The position numbers and the translations under genes are program-made. A DNA stretch of 64,000 nt. Source: Lama guanicoe (Eukaryota). The notes under the pieces were generated by a model, which was not told the DNA's origin, searched no databases, and saw only the letters and a list, made by a program, of their open reading frames with translations. Positions 37,950 to 50,329 of this stretch are shown in pieces; the first letter of the stretch is position 1; every line of letters begins with the position of its first letter. Where the stretch lies: positions 9,817,352 through 9,881,351 of the forward strand of contig MU053934.1 of assembly GCA_013239625.1 (NCBI GenBank). The letters are read 5' to 3'.

Positions 37950-39900
37950 TGAGGCTACCATCACCTTGATACCAAAGTCAGACAAGCGCAGGCCACATTC
38001 CTCAGGAGCACAGACACAACAATTCTTAAAAAAAGAGCACGTCGACTAAATATAATCATGTATAAAAAAGACAATGTATTGAGACCAAATTGGATTTATC
38101 TCAGGGATTTAACATTTGAAAATGTGTTAACGTAACACCACACTTTTAAAAAAAAGCATATTTGCAGGGAGGTAGAGCTCAGTGGCAGAGTGCATGCTTA
38201 GTGAGCATGAGGTCCTGGGGGTTGAACCCAGGACCCCCTGTTAAAAAATTGAATAAATAAACCTAATTACCTCCCCCCAAAACAAAAACAAACAAAAAGC
38301 ATATCTGCATCTCAATAGAGGAAAAGATTCAATAAAACTCTGCAATCACTCATAATAAAGACACTGGACAGAGAAAGTAGAGACAGGTGCTTCCTTCAAC
38401 TGATAAAGGCATCTATGGAAGCCCAACGGCAAATGCCACGCGTAACAGCGGTGCCCGCTAACGTCTCCGTTTCCAAGCTGCACCGGAGGCCTAATCAGTA
38501 CAAAGAGAATGGGTGGGTGGATGCAAAGGAAGAAGAAACCACGTCATCTGTCACAGATCATATGACGAACAGCATGGAAAACGCCACCGGCTCCACCAGC
38601 AACTTGTCACGAGGCCTCCAAGCATCCAGCCAGGTGGCGACAGATCAAGACAGAAAAGCCAAATGCACTTCTCATACCAGTCTCAAAAAGCATCGTTTCT
38701 GAAATGCCATTTACAACAGAGCTAAAACATACTGCACTTGAGAAGAGATCTAATGAAAGACAAGGAAGCCCTTTATAAAGAAAAAGACAAAACACTGTAG
38801 GCAGAAATAAAGAAGACACCCCCATGCTCACCGATAGGAAGAGCCGATGCGGAAAGGGGAGCAGTTCTCCTCAGACTGATTTACAGACTCGCTGCCATTC
38901 TTACCAAGATCCCTACAGGGTCCTTCGTTAAAGTGGTGAGACAATCTCTAATGGCTTGACGACAGCCAGGGCACTGCTGAAGAAGAGGGCGGGGGGGCCG
39001 GCTCCACGAGATGCCAGCACTTGTCCTGGTCTACAGTAACCAGCGGGTGTCCACAGAGCAACCCACAGACCTGTGGACAGGACAGAGTGCCCAGAAACAG
39101 ACCCAGAAGAGACCGTGACACGTGACAGAGCTGGCCACTGGGAGAGAATATTCCCCCAATGGTCCCAAGATCATCGGACGGAGACCAGCCCTATAGAGGA
39201 CAGAACGGCACTGCACCCCTACCTCACACCACACACACACAAAACCGACTCCAGGGGATTCAGAACTTACATGTGAAAGGCACAGCCTGTTTTAGAAGGG
39301 GCTGTACAGAACATCGTTTATGATCTGAGGCAGGTAAGGATTTCTTAAGACACATAAGTCATGATCATAAAGGGAAAAATGTATCATTTTGACATTAAAT
39401 ACTTTACAAAGGACCTGGTTTTAAAAATGAAGGATGAGACGAGCCATAAGCTGGCACACATTGGACCCTAAGACAAATAAAAAGCCGCTCACATCAGCAA
39501 CAATCTGAGAAACGCAAGCTGAAACCATAATGAAATTCCATTTTACACCCACCAGACTGGCAAAAATGAAGAAGCCAGACAACAAGTGATGGCAAGGATG
39601 AGCGAGGAATGCTTGCCTGTTGGTGGTGGAAATGTGAATTGGCCCAATCGCTCTGCAAAACCCTGGAGTTACCCAACATTGCCACGCCGGACGGGCACAA
39701 CTTCCAGGGAACCACCCCAGGGGAAGCCAAGCCCTCACAGGCCAGGAGGGCACACAGGGTATCCAAGCAGCACATCAGGTCAACAGAGGGGAACGCCACG
39801 CAACGGCGAAAACGAACCAGCTACAACTAGGGGCGCCGCTGAGCGGAAGGGGCAGGCGTCTGTGAAGACACACGGCCTCGTGCCACGTGCACAAGCTCCA
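37950..39900 (+). mobile_element. Decayed old L1 ORF2/3' fragments
   Basis: catcaccttgataccaaagtcagacaag, cttcaacctgataaaggcatctatg, ccatgctcaccgataggaaga, cacccaccagactggcaaaaatgaagaag, ggtggaaatgtgaattgg. Confidence 0.7.
38167..38293 (+). mobile_element. tRNA-derived SINE (camelid Vic-1-like) with 16-bp TSD
   Basis: Head gggaggtagagctcagtggcagagtgcatgcttag, tail aataaataaacctaattacctcccc; AAAAAGCATAT(T/C)TGCA at 38151-38166 and 38294-38309. Confidence 0.9.
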
Positions 39901-39923
39901 GAAACAGACACAACCTAACGACG

Positions 39924-40200
39924 CAGGTCCACACCCTTTATCCGAAACCCCCGGGTCCAGATGTTTCCAGAACTCGGAATTTTCTTCTGAATTGGAAAGT
40001 TATGTGCAGCGCACGTTGCGTGCACAGCCAAATGGTGGCCTCCTGCTGCTCCGCGTGCGGACGCTCCCACGAGGCCGGATGAAGGCCGCCACCAGTCTCA
40101 CGTTGGTCTGGGTCAAACTGTGCTGCCGAGTGAACTTCTGCAGAATTGACCTTGGCTTTCAGAGCTCTGGGGTTTTAGAAAAGCCAATGCGGAAGAGCAG
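39924..40200 (+). mobile_element. MER46C/Tigger4-type DNA transposon fossil
   Basis: caggtccacacccttta tccgaaacccccgggtccagatgtttccagaactcggaatttt resembles the recalled MER46C terminus. Confidence 0.65.
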
Positions 40201-42825
40201 CAGCGTGCTGACAACCAGGCGCACAGGCCACGGGGTCGGCCAGACAGGGGGTGGGGGGCGAGGGGAGACACGGGGTCCTGCGGCACAGGCGTGTGTGGGG
40301 TGGGTTTTTCATACGTCTGAACTCCTTCAAAACTTCCTTAGGTGAACATGGGAGTGGAGTGGGGGATGACTGGCAGCGGGGAAGGAGGCAGGACCGAGGC
40401 TTCCAGCTGGAACAGGGATCCTGTTCCCAGAGACAGGAACCTCGGGACGGAGGCGAGGCTTTGTCTCTGTCTGGGGCGTGACGGGATACTGAGATGTGAC
40501 GGTTTTACAGAAATGGCCACAAAGGCTGAGACATCCTCCCACCACAGGTGAGACCCGCATCCCTTTCCTCTTGAATCTGGTGGGCCCGGGACAGCTTTAA
40601 CCAGCAGAGGGAGGAGGGACATCGCCCAGCGACCCCTAGGTCACAAAAGGCCCCAGATTCACCCTCCTGAGACAACCCCACCCCGGCCCCCTCCTCCGTG
40701 GGCAAGCTCAGGCGCCCCCTTCCCCCACGGTGCCTCCGTCTCCTCATCAGTAAAGCCAGGATGACGGCTCTCTGCCCCCCAGAGGCCTGTGAGGACCGCA
40801 GAGCCAAACGAGTCTTTGTTCTCGTCACCCATCACCTCCTGTGCTGCCCCCACAGCTCAGACTCTGCTCCAAGGGATGTGGGGCCCAGGCTGGGGGGCAG
40901 AGGGGGACCTCAGGGGCCGGCCCAGGACACACAGCCCTCAGGGAGGAGGCCCAGCAGCCTCCACACGGCTCCCCTGCTGTTTGACACGAACACTTTCCAA
41001 AGAGAAGATAATTATTAACTGCAGGGCTTAATGAGCAGAGGGAGCTTCGGGGATTTCTAATACCAATAATTTGTACCTATTTGAGTGCAAATGCACAAAG
41101 CAAAGGCAGCTGGAACCTCCAGCATCGGGCTCTGCGCTTTGCCTCCAGGTAAGAATGCACAGCGGAGCCGAGCACAGCGGAGCCGAGCACAGGTGCGTGA
41201 CACAGAAAACCAGGGCTTCCCCCAGCCCCCAACCCTGCCCCGCTCTGACACTCCTGTGGGTCCCCACCCTGCCCTGCTCTGACACTCCTGTAGAGAGAGA
41301 GCCTTCGGCCCGGAACCCCAGGGGAATGAGGCAAGAGAGAGGGAGATGCTGGTGGACCTGCTGAAGTGTTGGGGACCTAGGCAGGGCTGGACCCTGGCTG
41401 CTGGGACCCACGGGGGACAGGGCCATCCCTCCAGCCCAGCCCGTGGCAGCGGCAGTCACAGGCGCAGCCTTCCTTAAGAGACTGAGGGCAGAGCATCTGA
41501 TGGGAACTAGCCGGACCACCCTCCTGGTCCCCGAATGTCACCCACTCCGGGGCCCTGAAATCCCTTCCAGAATAATTTCAGTGGAACCTCTCCTGAAACA
41601 CCAATAGCACTGAGAGGCTACAAAAAGCCCCTGGCCCCGTGGTGGCGCAGGTCAAGTCAGAGGGGCCAGCGCAGCCCGGGGCTCCCCGGGCAGAAGGCAG
41701 CTGCCCTAGCTGTCGGGGTACTGCAGTGACACTGTGACCTCACCCGCAGGCTACCAGGGGCCACAAATGCCCAGCCTGGCCCCCCCTCAGTGGGGACAAC
41801 CCCCATCGACAGCAACAGACCATCTTTGCTACTTCCAGGGACCCTTTCCTCCAATCAATGAAGACCCCATGAATCATTTTCTTTTGGGGAGAAGATCAAA
41901 TATTGGCCCAGACATCTATTAATCTACAACTTGCATTGCAACTGCTGAGAACTGAAAATAGGGATTTTTTTTTCTGGTTAAATATTTGCTAAGAAAATTC
42001 CAATCCTAAATTTCAAAGACTGATGACGTCATGAGGATAAGTCACAATTAACCAGAAACTCTCGTGGAAGAAGCACAGAAGCCACAAAGCGCCCACCCAG
42101 TGAGAACATCTTTCAGCAGAGAAATCGTGTCTTCGCATCCTTCCTTCCCTTGGCTTTATTTTATGTTTTTTCTGGAGTTGAGTCTTTAAATTTACTTTGC
42201 TCTCAGGCCTCTTCCCCCTCCGTCCAGATGGTGAAATCCGGTTCCATTTTCCAAAGGGCAGAACACAAGCTCTGCCCACCTCTGGTCCGGCTCCAGGGGA
42301 AGGTGGGCCCCCTTCCTCACACCTGCCCTGTGGGTCTCCTTCCATGGCCTTTCTTAGCGCCCCCTTATTGCTTCCGCTGAAATTAATGAGCTGTGGGCCT
42401 ATTCAGAGATGAGGAGCCTCAAAGACTCAAAACTCCACTTTGACGGGATGGGCCCAGGTGTAGGCTCTGCACAGACGTGGGGACGCAGCCTCCTTGTCAG
42501 GGAGCCTGGGAGGAGGGACACGTCCAGTGAAGCTGACGATGACATCCCGCCGCTGACTCCTCCCAATTCACAACACACCCAAAGCCTGAGCATCTCCGGG
42601 CCGCCGGGGAGGGATGCTGCAGCCCCACTCCTCCCCCCACCAGGTGTGTGCTCTCTCCGGGGAGGGGGCTGGGGCTGGGGCTGGGGTGATGCGCTGCCCC
42701 CCGTGGACAGACGGGGTGTGTGGAACGGGCTCTGCTCTTGTGATCCACGGTGGGTCTTACTACCCAGATGGCACACCTCATGGCCCCCTCTGTTCTGCTC
42801 CAAAGATGCTCTTGTGTTGCAGGTT

Positions 42826-43495
42826 TGTTTTTCTTAATTGAAATAGCTGATTTACAATGTTGTGTTAATTTTTGTGTACAGCATAGTGTTTCAGTTATAC
42901 TGTGTATACATTCATTATATCATGTATATAATATACACATATATTCCTTTTCATATGCTTTCTCATTATAGGTCATTACAAGATATTGAATAGAGTTCCC
43001 TGTGCTGTACAGTAGGACCTTGTTGTTTATTTATTTTCAGTATGGTCGTGTGTATCTGCAAATCCCAAGCTCTCAATTCATCCATTCCCACTTCCTTCCC
43101 CTGCTGGTAACAAGTTTGTTTTCTATGTTTATAAGTGTGTCTCTGTTTTATAAAAATTCATTTGGGTCTTTCTTTTTTTAGATTCCACATATAAGTGATA
43201 TCATATGGCATTTTTCTTTCTTTTTCTGGCTTACTTCACCTAGTATATGACAATCTCCAGATCCATCCATGTTGCTACAAATGGCATTATTTTATTCCTT
43301 TTTATGGCTGAGTAGTATTCCATTGTACAAATCTACCATATCTTCTTTACCCAGTCATCTGTCGATGGACACTGAGGTTGCTTCCATGTCTTGCCTATTG
43401 TAAACAGTGCTGCTATGAACATTGGGGCACATATATTTTTTTGAATTAGAGTTTCCTCTGGACCTATGCCCAGGAGTGGGACTGCTAGATCTAGA
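42826..43495 (-). mobile_element. 5'-truncated L1 (lineage-specific family)
   Basis: ttttttagattccacatataagtgatatcatatgg...atccatgttgctacaaatggcattattt...cccaggagtgggactgctagatc. Confidence 0.92.
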
Positions 43496-43520
43496 TTCCT
43501 TAAAGAAGCAAGTACTTTTT

Positions 43521-43672
43521 TTTTTTAGATTTTTATTTTTTACTTTACTTTTTTTGGTTGGGGGAGGCAATTAGGTTTATTTATTTATTTTTAGAGGAGG
43601 TGCTGGGGATTGAACCCAGGACCTTGTGCATGCTAAGCCTGTGCTCTACCTCTTGAGCTATATGGTCCCCCC
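43521..43672 (-). mobile_element. Vic-1-like SINE with perfect 18-bp TSD
   Basis: ggggattgaacccaggaccttgtgcatgctaagc...gagctata; AAGAAGCAAGTACTTTTT at 43503-43520 and 43673-43690. Confidence 0.93.
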
Positions 43673-46644
43673 AAGAAGCAAGTACTTTTTAAAGCCGCAC
43701 ATCAGGAATGTTCTCCAAGAGGCATCCGGGCCCCACGCTCCTCTGCCCACCTGTCAGCCCCTGTTCCCTGAAGGCAGGGGTCTCACCACTGTTCCCACCC
43801 CTGCAGGCCACCTGGAGTAGCTCTCCACTGAGCACCTACTGTGCGCCTGGCCAGGGCCTCCCACCCCTGCCCCTCCTCCATGTAATGCCCCTCACACACA
43901 TCTACACAGTCGCACACACACAGTCACACACACTTCTGAGGTTCCAAAGGAGAATGCCAGCTCCAAGTTCTTCCAAGGGCGCCTTTAGCCTGGGTCTAAA
44001 CAGATGGAAGAGATTAATCTAATATCAGGCATCCTATCATTAAGTGATTAAGGGGTGACTTAAACGTAACAAATTGCATTTCCCTCGTGCATCCCCCAAG
44101 GGTGCTGGAAAGGAACCTGAGTTCGCTGTATTTACATTTCATTTAGAATTAAACGGTATTTGGTATGATAAACCTTTTTAATGATCCTAATCTGCAACCC
44201 AAACTCAAGAAACTAATTAAAATTGCCGTCACTCATTAATTCAACAAATACTCGTAGCTCTCTGTGTTCCAGGCCCAGAGCTAGGGAGGCCAAGAGGAGA
44301 AACCACACTGCTGCCCTCAGGGCATCTTCAAACTAACAGGGGTGACAGAGGGAGCCACAGACAATAGTAGTGTGGAAAGTGCCATGGGGGGCGTCCAGGG
44401 TGACAGTGGAGGTGGGGGAGGGGCATCCAGGGAGCTGGCAGGAGGTGGGGGGAGGGGCCTGCCCTGAGCTGCAGGAGGGCAGGTACCGCAGCTGGGTGAA
44501 GGCCTGTGGTCAGCACGTGCTCAGGGCTTCTACCTGTCCCTGTTATGTCACTGCACCTAGTGACAATGGCAGCTGGGGCTGCCCCACCTCCCGTTCAGAG
44601 CAGAGCTATACCCCAGCTATACACCCGCCCCACTGGGCCTAGAGGGGCATAGTGGCCGGCGGGGACATGGAGACATCGGGATGGCCTGGGAGGCTGAAGC
44701 CTCAGGTGTGTCTGGGGGTCCTGGCTGCCAAGTCCAGTGAAGGAGCCCAGCCTGTCCTGCTTCTAGGCCTCGGACCCCGCCGGTCACCCACACAGGTCAA
44801 CGCGAGTGGGGAGGAGGACGCGAGGCGCTGGGGGCGTCCGAAGAGGCTCCGGGAACCACGTGTGTGCGTGTGTTCGTGTGTGCACACGTGTGCTGTCACG
44901 CAGTGGGAGCACCGGGGGGAACACGGCTTAAATTGCCTGTGTGCCCCACTCCACGGACAGCACCTCCGGAGGGCAGGAGGGCAGAGAGAGGCCTGGCACC
45001 GGGGGGGCCCCAGCACAGGCCTGACGGAAGCGGGGGCGTTTCTAGAAACAGCGGTCTTCTGCTGGAGAGTGGGAGCCGCTGCTTTGCACTGCGGTGCTCC
45101 TCTGTTTAGCACGTGGCATTTGGGGTCTTGGTGGCAGGAAGGGATAAATCAGCTGCGATCCCACACAGCCCACAGCCAGGGCCAGCCCCTTCCTGCCGGT
45201 GACAACACTGGCCTGAAAAGTAGCTGCCAGGAGCTTAGTTCTGTGGTGGAACCTTATTTTCAGTCTGTAATCAGTCCTAGGGATGCGTATGTGCTTTTTC
45301 CTTGTTTAAAATTGTTAACCAACAAACTGCCACTGTCCCCAGTTCTTCCAGTTGTCCCAGACCAAAGGGCCAGCCAGTGATAATCCTGGGGCAACACCAC
45401 AGGCCCGGGGTGGGGGAGGGGGTGCCTTTCTGTCAAGCACTTTAACTATTAACCCAAGACGCAGCTTTCCCACCGCTGCTGCTCCGGGGACAGCGAGGCC
45501 ATAATTTATCACCACCGGGAAGGGTCTAATGGCCACAGGAGGAAGGAGGCCCAAGCTCGGCACCCAGGCCTCTGCAGGTGCCGAGTGGCCGTCACGCCCC
45601 TTCTAATCAGAGGGGCAGCTGCTGCTCAGATTCCGAGGGACCCCCGAAGCCCAAGTGCCCCGGCCTCCGCCGGCTGCCAAGACCCGCGTTCAGACTGTCC
45701 AGGAAATGCCAGTGTTTCGGGGTTCCAAGGACAAGTCCTCCGGGCCAGAGAGCAGACCCAGACCTCGGCCACCCCACCTGGCCCTTCCCCTGTTGGTCTC
45801 AGCGTCCTCACCCTACAGGGTGTCACCTGGACACATCCACCTGGACTAGGGTCCCGGCCTCCTCCAGCCGGAAGAGCCCCCGAGACCACAAGGTCCTGCT
45901 CCACGATGTACATGTGATGGGACGGAGGTGGACCAGGGCTCTCCAGGTCACCTGGAGAGGTTCCAGCCCAGCCGGGCTCCTGAAATTCTCTCCCTGCAGC
46001 AGCCTCCACCTAAATGTTCCTGTTCTCAGTCTAAACAACTTCTGGCCCAGTAAGAGACAAATAGAAAGCCACTCACTTGTGCACTCTAGGACCATAATCT
46101 TTTTACTCAAAAGATACTTCTGAAATACGACCTGCAGTGAAACGCACAGAACGGAGGTCACCCCGGGCAGCCGCCCTCCACCACTCCCACGGCGCGGGCG
46201 GCCGCCTGCAGACAGCAGGGGCCCCGGGGGTCGCTTGTGGACCAGAAACACCCGCAGCACCATCTCCCGCAGCCTCTGCACCTGCCTGTCCCGGGGCCTT
46301 ATCATCAACCGACCTCCGCGAGCGCCCAGCCTGTGGGACGCAGCTCTGGTACGTCATCTGAATCCTCCACGGGGTCCTGCCCGCGGCTTTCATCCCGTGT
46401 CTTACAGCCCAGTCCTCGGAGGGTCAGGGGGTTAAGTGACTTGCCCAGGGTCAGCCGGCTGGTTAATGAGGTGCCAAAATGCAAGCCCACGTCCTGCAGG
46501 GGTTCCAAGCTCCAGGCAGCCCCCCCGCCCCGCTGCCTCTCGCATGGAGGAGGGCTTCCTGGCACAGCTGGAGTCAGGACACCCCCCCACCCAGCACAGG
46601 AAGGGGCTCTGCTGAATCCACACCCCACATCCAGATCTCCTAAA

Positions 46645-46790
46645 GCAGGGCTTCTCCACCCCAGCACTTGGACACTGGGGTTGGCACATTCCTTGCTGCG
46701 TGGGGCTGCGTCCCCTGCATCGGGGACACTGAGAAGCACCTGTGGCCTCTACTCAGCAGATGCCCGTAGCACCCCTGTGTTGTGGCCTCT
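46645..46790. mobile_element. MER20-like hAT fossil
   Basis: ggggctgcgtcccctgcatcggggacactgagaagcacctgtggcctctactcagcagatgcccgtagcaccc. Confidence 0.55.
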
Positions 46791-47169
46791 GGTCTGTGTG
46801 CTTTCACTTGCCCACGGGGAGCCTGAGGGGTGCCTCCTCTGTCTAGAAAGTTTGCTGGGCCCCAGCACCTTCAGGGACAGTAATAAACTGGGCTAGGAGG
46901 TAGTGTGACATCTGGGTGCCCAGGGGCCTGGAGGAGCCGTGTGTGACCACGGTGCAGGACCCCTGCCTGTGGGTGTAGGGCCTGCCGGTTTAGATGGAAT
47001 AGATTAGACCCAGCTGATAAGAAAGTAAACTGTAAGACAGGTCCAAAGGGGATATTCAGAATGAAGCACATGCAGGAAAAAAAAGAAAAAAGAGGCAGGC
47101 CCAGAACCTGTCCTCCTGGAGAGAGGTCGGCTCTCTGATGTCCCCCCCCATTCCTTGCGACACTGTTAA

Positions 47170-47985
47170 ACAGGCGGAGTCTGCTCTCTGGGCTCTCCGG
47201 TCAATCCCGCTGGCCTGTCTGGCTATCCCCGGCCACTGGCAGAGCCTCTTAATTACAACGGCTTTCTAATAAGCCCTGACATGCAGCCGACCAAATCCTC
47301 CCAAATCCTTCAAGATTGCCTTGGCTCTTCTCTGTCTGCTTCATTTACATACAATCTTATTTACATATAAACACATATGTAAATTAATGTGTAACTAATA
47401 CATGTAAATTTACGTGTATTTGCGTGTAAATTTATATACATTTACATACAAGTTTTATAATCAACTTGTCCATTTTTAAAATTTCCCCTAAAAATCCTGT
47501 AGGTTTTGGTTAGCACTGCTCTGAATCTACGGTTAGTCTGGGAATAAAAGACATCTTTACGATTTTGTCATCTGAACCATGAACATGGTTAATCCTTTCA
47601 TTTATGGAAGTCTTCCTGAATTTCTCACAGTAATGTTTTATTGGTTTCTGCTCATCTTTTATGAGACTTGTTTCTGGTTATTTGATCTTCCATGTTATTG
47701 AAAATAATATATCTCATCTTCTTTTCCATTTACGGTTGGTACACAGGAACACATTTGATTTCATATATTACTCAGGTTTCCAGCAATTCTGCTGAATTTC
47801 CTTATTATTAATCATTTACTTGCAGATTCTTTGGGATTTTCTTTGTATGTAATCATATCATCTGTGAATAGTAGCAATTTTATTATTTACAGATTATATT
47901 ATTCACAATAATAATGGTGTTAAGTTTACAGCTAATTTTTTTCCTGTCTTACTGCATTGGCTGACTTCCAGTATAATGTTGTATA
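47170..47985 (-). mobile_element. Old L1 ORF2 fragment (AT-rich)
   Basis: ccatgaacatgg..atcctttcatttat, gcagattctttgggattttct...aatcatatcatctgtgaatag, tgcattggctgacttccagtataatgttg. Confidence 0.75.
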
Positions 47986-48289
47986 CCCAGCATCTAAAAC
48001 AAAGTCTGGCCTATAGTAGAAACCAAATGGACATTGACTGAGTGACATGGGCTCACTCATTACCAGCAACAAGTGTCACCACAAGTCTCGGGTCAAGAGT
48101 TGACTCTTGGACTTCATGCCAGGAGATCCTAACCCTGCTTGTTGGCAAATGAATAAGGATGGTGTGGGGTCTGAGAGGGTAAAAACCACCAGACCACAAA
48201 ACAAGACAGGAAGAAAGGGAGACAGAAAATAACTGAAAGGAAGGAACAAAACCTATGTTGTTTTGAGTCAATATAGCAGCTCTCCCAGA

Positions 48290-49660
48290 GAATCGATTGA
48301 GAAATTGTTTTAATTAACAAGAGAGCTTGAGAAGGTGGCTGCGTGCAGAATCTCCAGACAAAAATCCATCACTTTACAACACCCAGCAAGAGTCAGTTAG
48401 AAAAATAATGGAAAACAACCAAGTCTTTATCACAACAGCAACAAAACCCATAAAATCCCAGAAATGAGCCTAAAATGAAATCTGTACGTGGAAAACATGA
48501 TTCATTTGTCTACAGCATATAAAAGATAACATCCAGGTGGGGGGAGGGTATAGCTCAAGTGATACAGCGCGTGCTTAGTATGCACGAGGTCCCAGGTTCA
48601 ATCCCCAGTACCTCCTCCAAATATAAATAAGTAAATGTGATTACCATCCCCTCAAAAAAGATGACATCAAGAAGTGAAGAAACATAGCACGTTTCTAAAC
48701 AGAAAAACAACATTGTAAAGATGTGACATTGTCCCAAAGTGGATGAGCTTCTTGGACCTGCCGTAACAAAGAGACACAAACTGGGCGGTGTTAACACTGC
48801 TCCATCGACACATCCTCCTCTCCGTGTCTTCTGCTCTGCGCGGCTCAGGACTTGTCCCTGGATTTAAGCCCGTCCTAGTTCAAGATAATTTCATCTTGAG
48901 ATTCTTAACTGTATCTGCAAAGATCCTTTTTCCAAACAAGGTAACACCTACCACTTCCAGAGAGAAAATCCCTAAGAATAGCCCAAGAAAATTATGAGAA
49001 AGAACAACGTGAGGAACTATGTGCCACTGGCTCTCAGAACACGCTACGACACACATGTAATTAAAACAGTGTGGTGGGGTGGGGTGGGGACAGACAGCCA
49101 CGTGCGAGGGTGAGAGACAGTCCCGCTTACGTGGCTGTGGGCATGCAGTGTGTGATCAAAGTGGCATTTCAAGGAGCAGGGGAGGGACTGGGTGAATAAG
49201 AGATACTGAGACAACTGGAAAAACTAAACCTTTACTTTGTACCGTTACCCCCAAATTAACTCAATAAATTAAAGAGCCATATGTGATAGGAAGACTGTAA
49301 AAAAATTAAAATAAAACATGGGACACTTTTATAATCCTGGGGACAGGAATGCTAAATCCCTGGGGAAAGACAGACGGGGGCTGGCAGGTCCCAGAAGAAA
49401 TGCAAATGGCTGATAAACATTTGAAAAGAAACTCCACCTCAGAGGAAACAGAGGAAAGCAAAACTTCAACAGAGGGCTATTTTTCACCCGTCAGATATTG
49501 GCGAACATTTTAGACAATGGTAACATCAAGTCTGGGGAGGGCACGGATTAGAAGCTTCCGAGCCAGTGGCAAGACTGTTGACTAGTGATGCCTTTTTAGA
49601 AGACAATTTGGTAACTTGATCAAAATTGAAACACCCCGTATCTTTGAAGCAGCAAATCCA
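48290..49660 (+). mobile_element. Decayed old L1 fragments interrupted by a SINE and an MLT1 fragment (about 48755-48960)
   Basis: caacattgtaaagatg, aattaaaacagtgtggt, gaagaaatgcaaatggctgataaacatttgaaaaga; the MLT1 piece reads tatctgcaaagatccttttccaaacaaggtaacac. Confidence 0.6.
48537..48655 (+). mobile_element. Vic-1-like SINE with degenerate 16-bp TSD
   Basis: ggggagggtatagctcaagtg...gcttagtatgcacgaggtcccaggttcaatccccagtacctcc (A and B boxes); AAAAGATAACATCCAG at 48521-48536 versus AAAAGATGACATCAAG at 48656-48671. Confidence 0.92.
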
Positions 49661-49783
49661 CTTTTTATTTATTTATTTATTCATTCATTCATTCATTCAT
49701 TTTAAATGGAGGTGCTGGGAACTGAACCCAGGACCCTATGCATGCTAAGCACCTGCTCTACCACTGAACTATACCCACCGCCC
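49661..49783 (-). mobile_element. Vic-1-like SINE with (TTTA)n(TTCA)n tail
   Basis: ggaggtgctgggaactgaacccaggaccctatgcatgctaagcacctgctctaccactgaactataccc. Confidence 0.88.
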
Positions 49784-50329
49784 ATTTTTTAAAAACCCAT
49801 TTCTACTCATCAGTTCTCAGGAAGCCCTGGCGCGCACGCCCGAAGACCTCTACCCCAAGGTACTCACTGCTGTGTTACAACAGCAAGACATGGAACACAG
49901 CCCAGCCTCCATCAGTCCCCTAGCCACGACCCCGGGGGATTCCGCAGGAACTTCTGGGACTGGACCCAGCCATTCCGCCTGGTGCCCCTGGCCTCTCCAC
50001 CCTTGCCCCTCCTCTGCCAGCATCCTCTGCTTTCGCCTTTCAGAACTCCAAGCCGCCAGGTGCCAGCAGTTCCACCAGCTTCCTTCTGGATCCTTCTGAC
50101 CTGTAGGCTAGAAACCTTTCCACTGCCTGCACGCCCCTCCCAAAAGCCAGACTCCTGCCCTCTCCTCTCCTCTGGAACACTCCAGGCCCCCGTGAGTGAC
50201 GGCCGCCCCCAGGATGATTTCTGTAAATCCCGGTCCCTCAACCTGCCCTAAGGCCACCCCAGCCCCTCGCCCACAGCGCTGGTCTAACGGGAGAGCTGAG
50301 CGCACAGCCCCCCTGGAGACGCAAGGACT

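Noticed and set aside
48537..48615. tRNA-like sequence with A and B boxes
   Set aside because: It is a SINE head with an AT-rich tail and TSD, not a tRNA gene.
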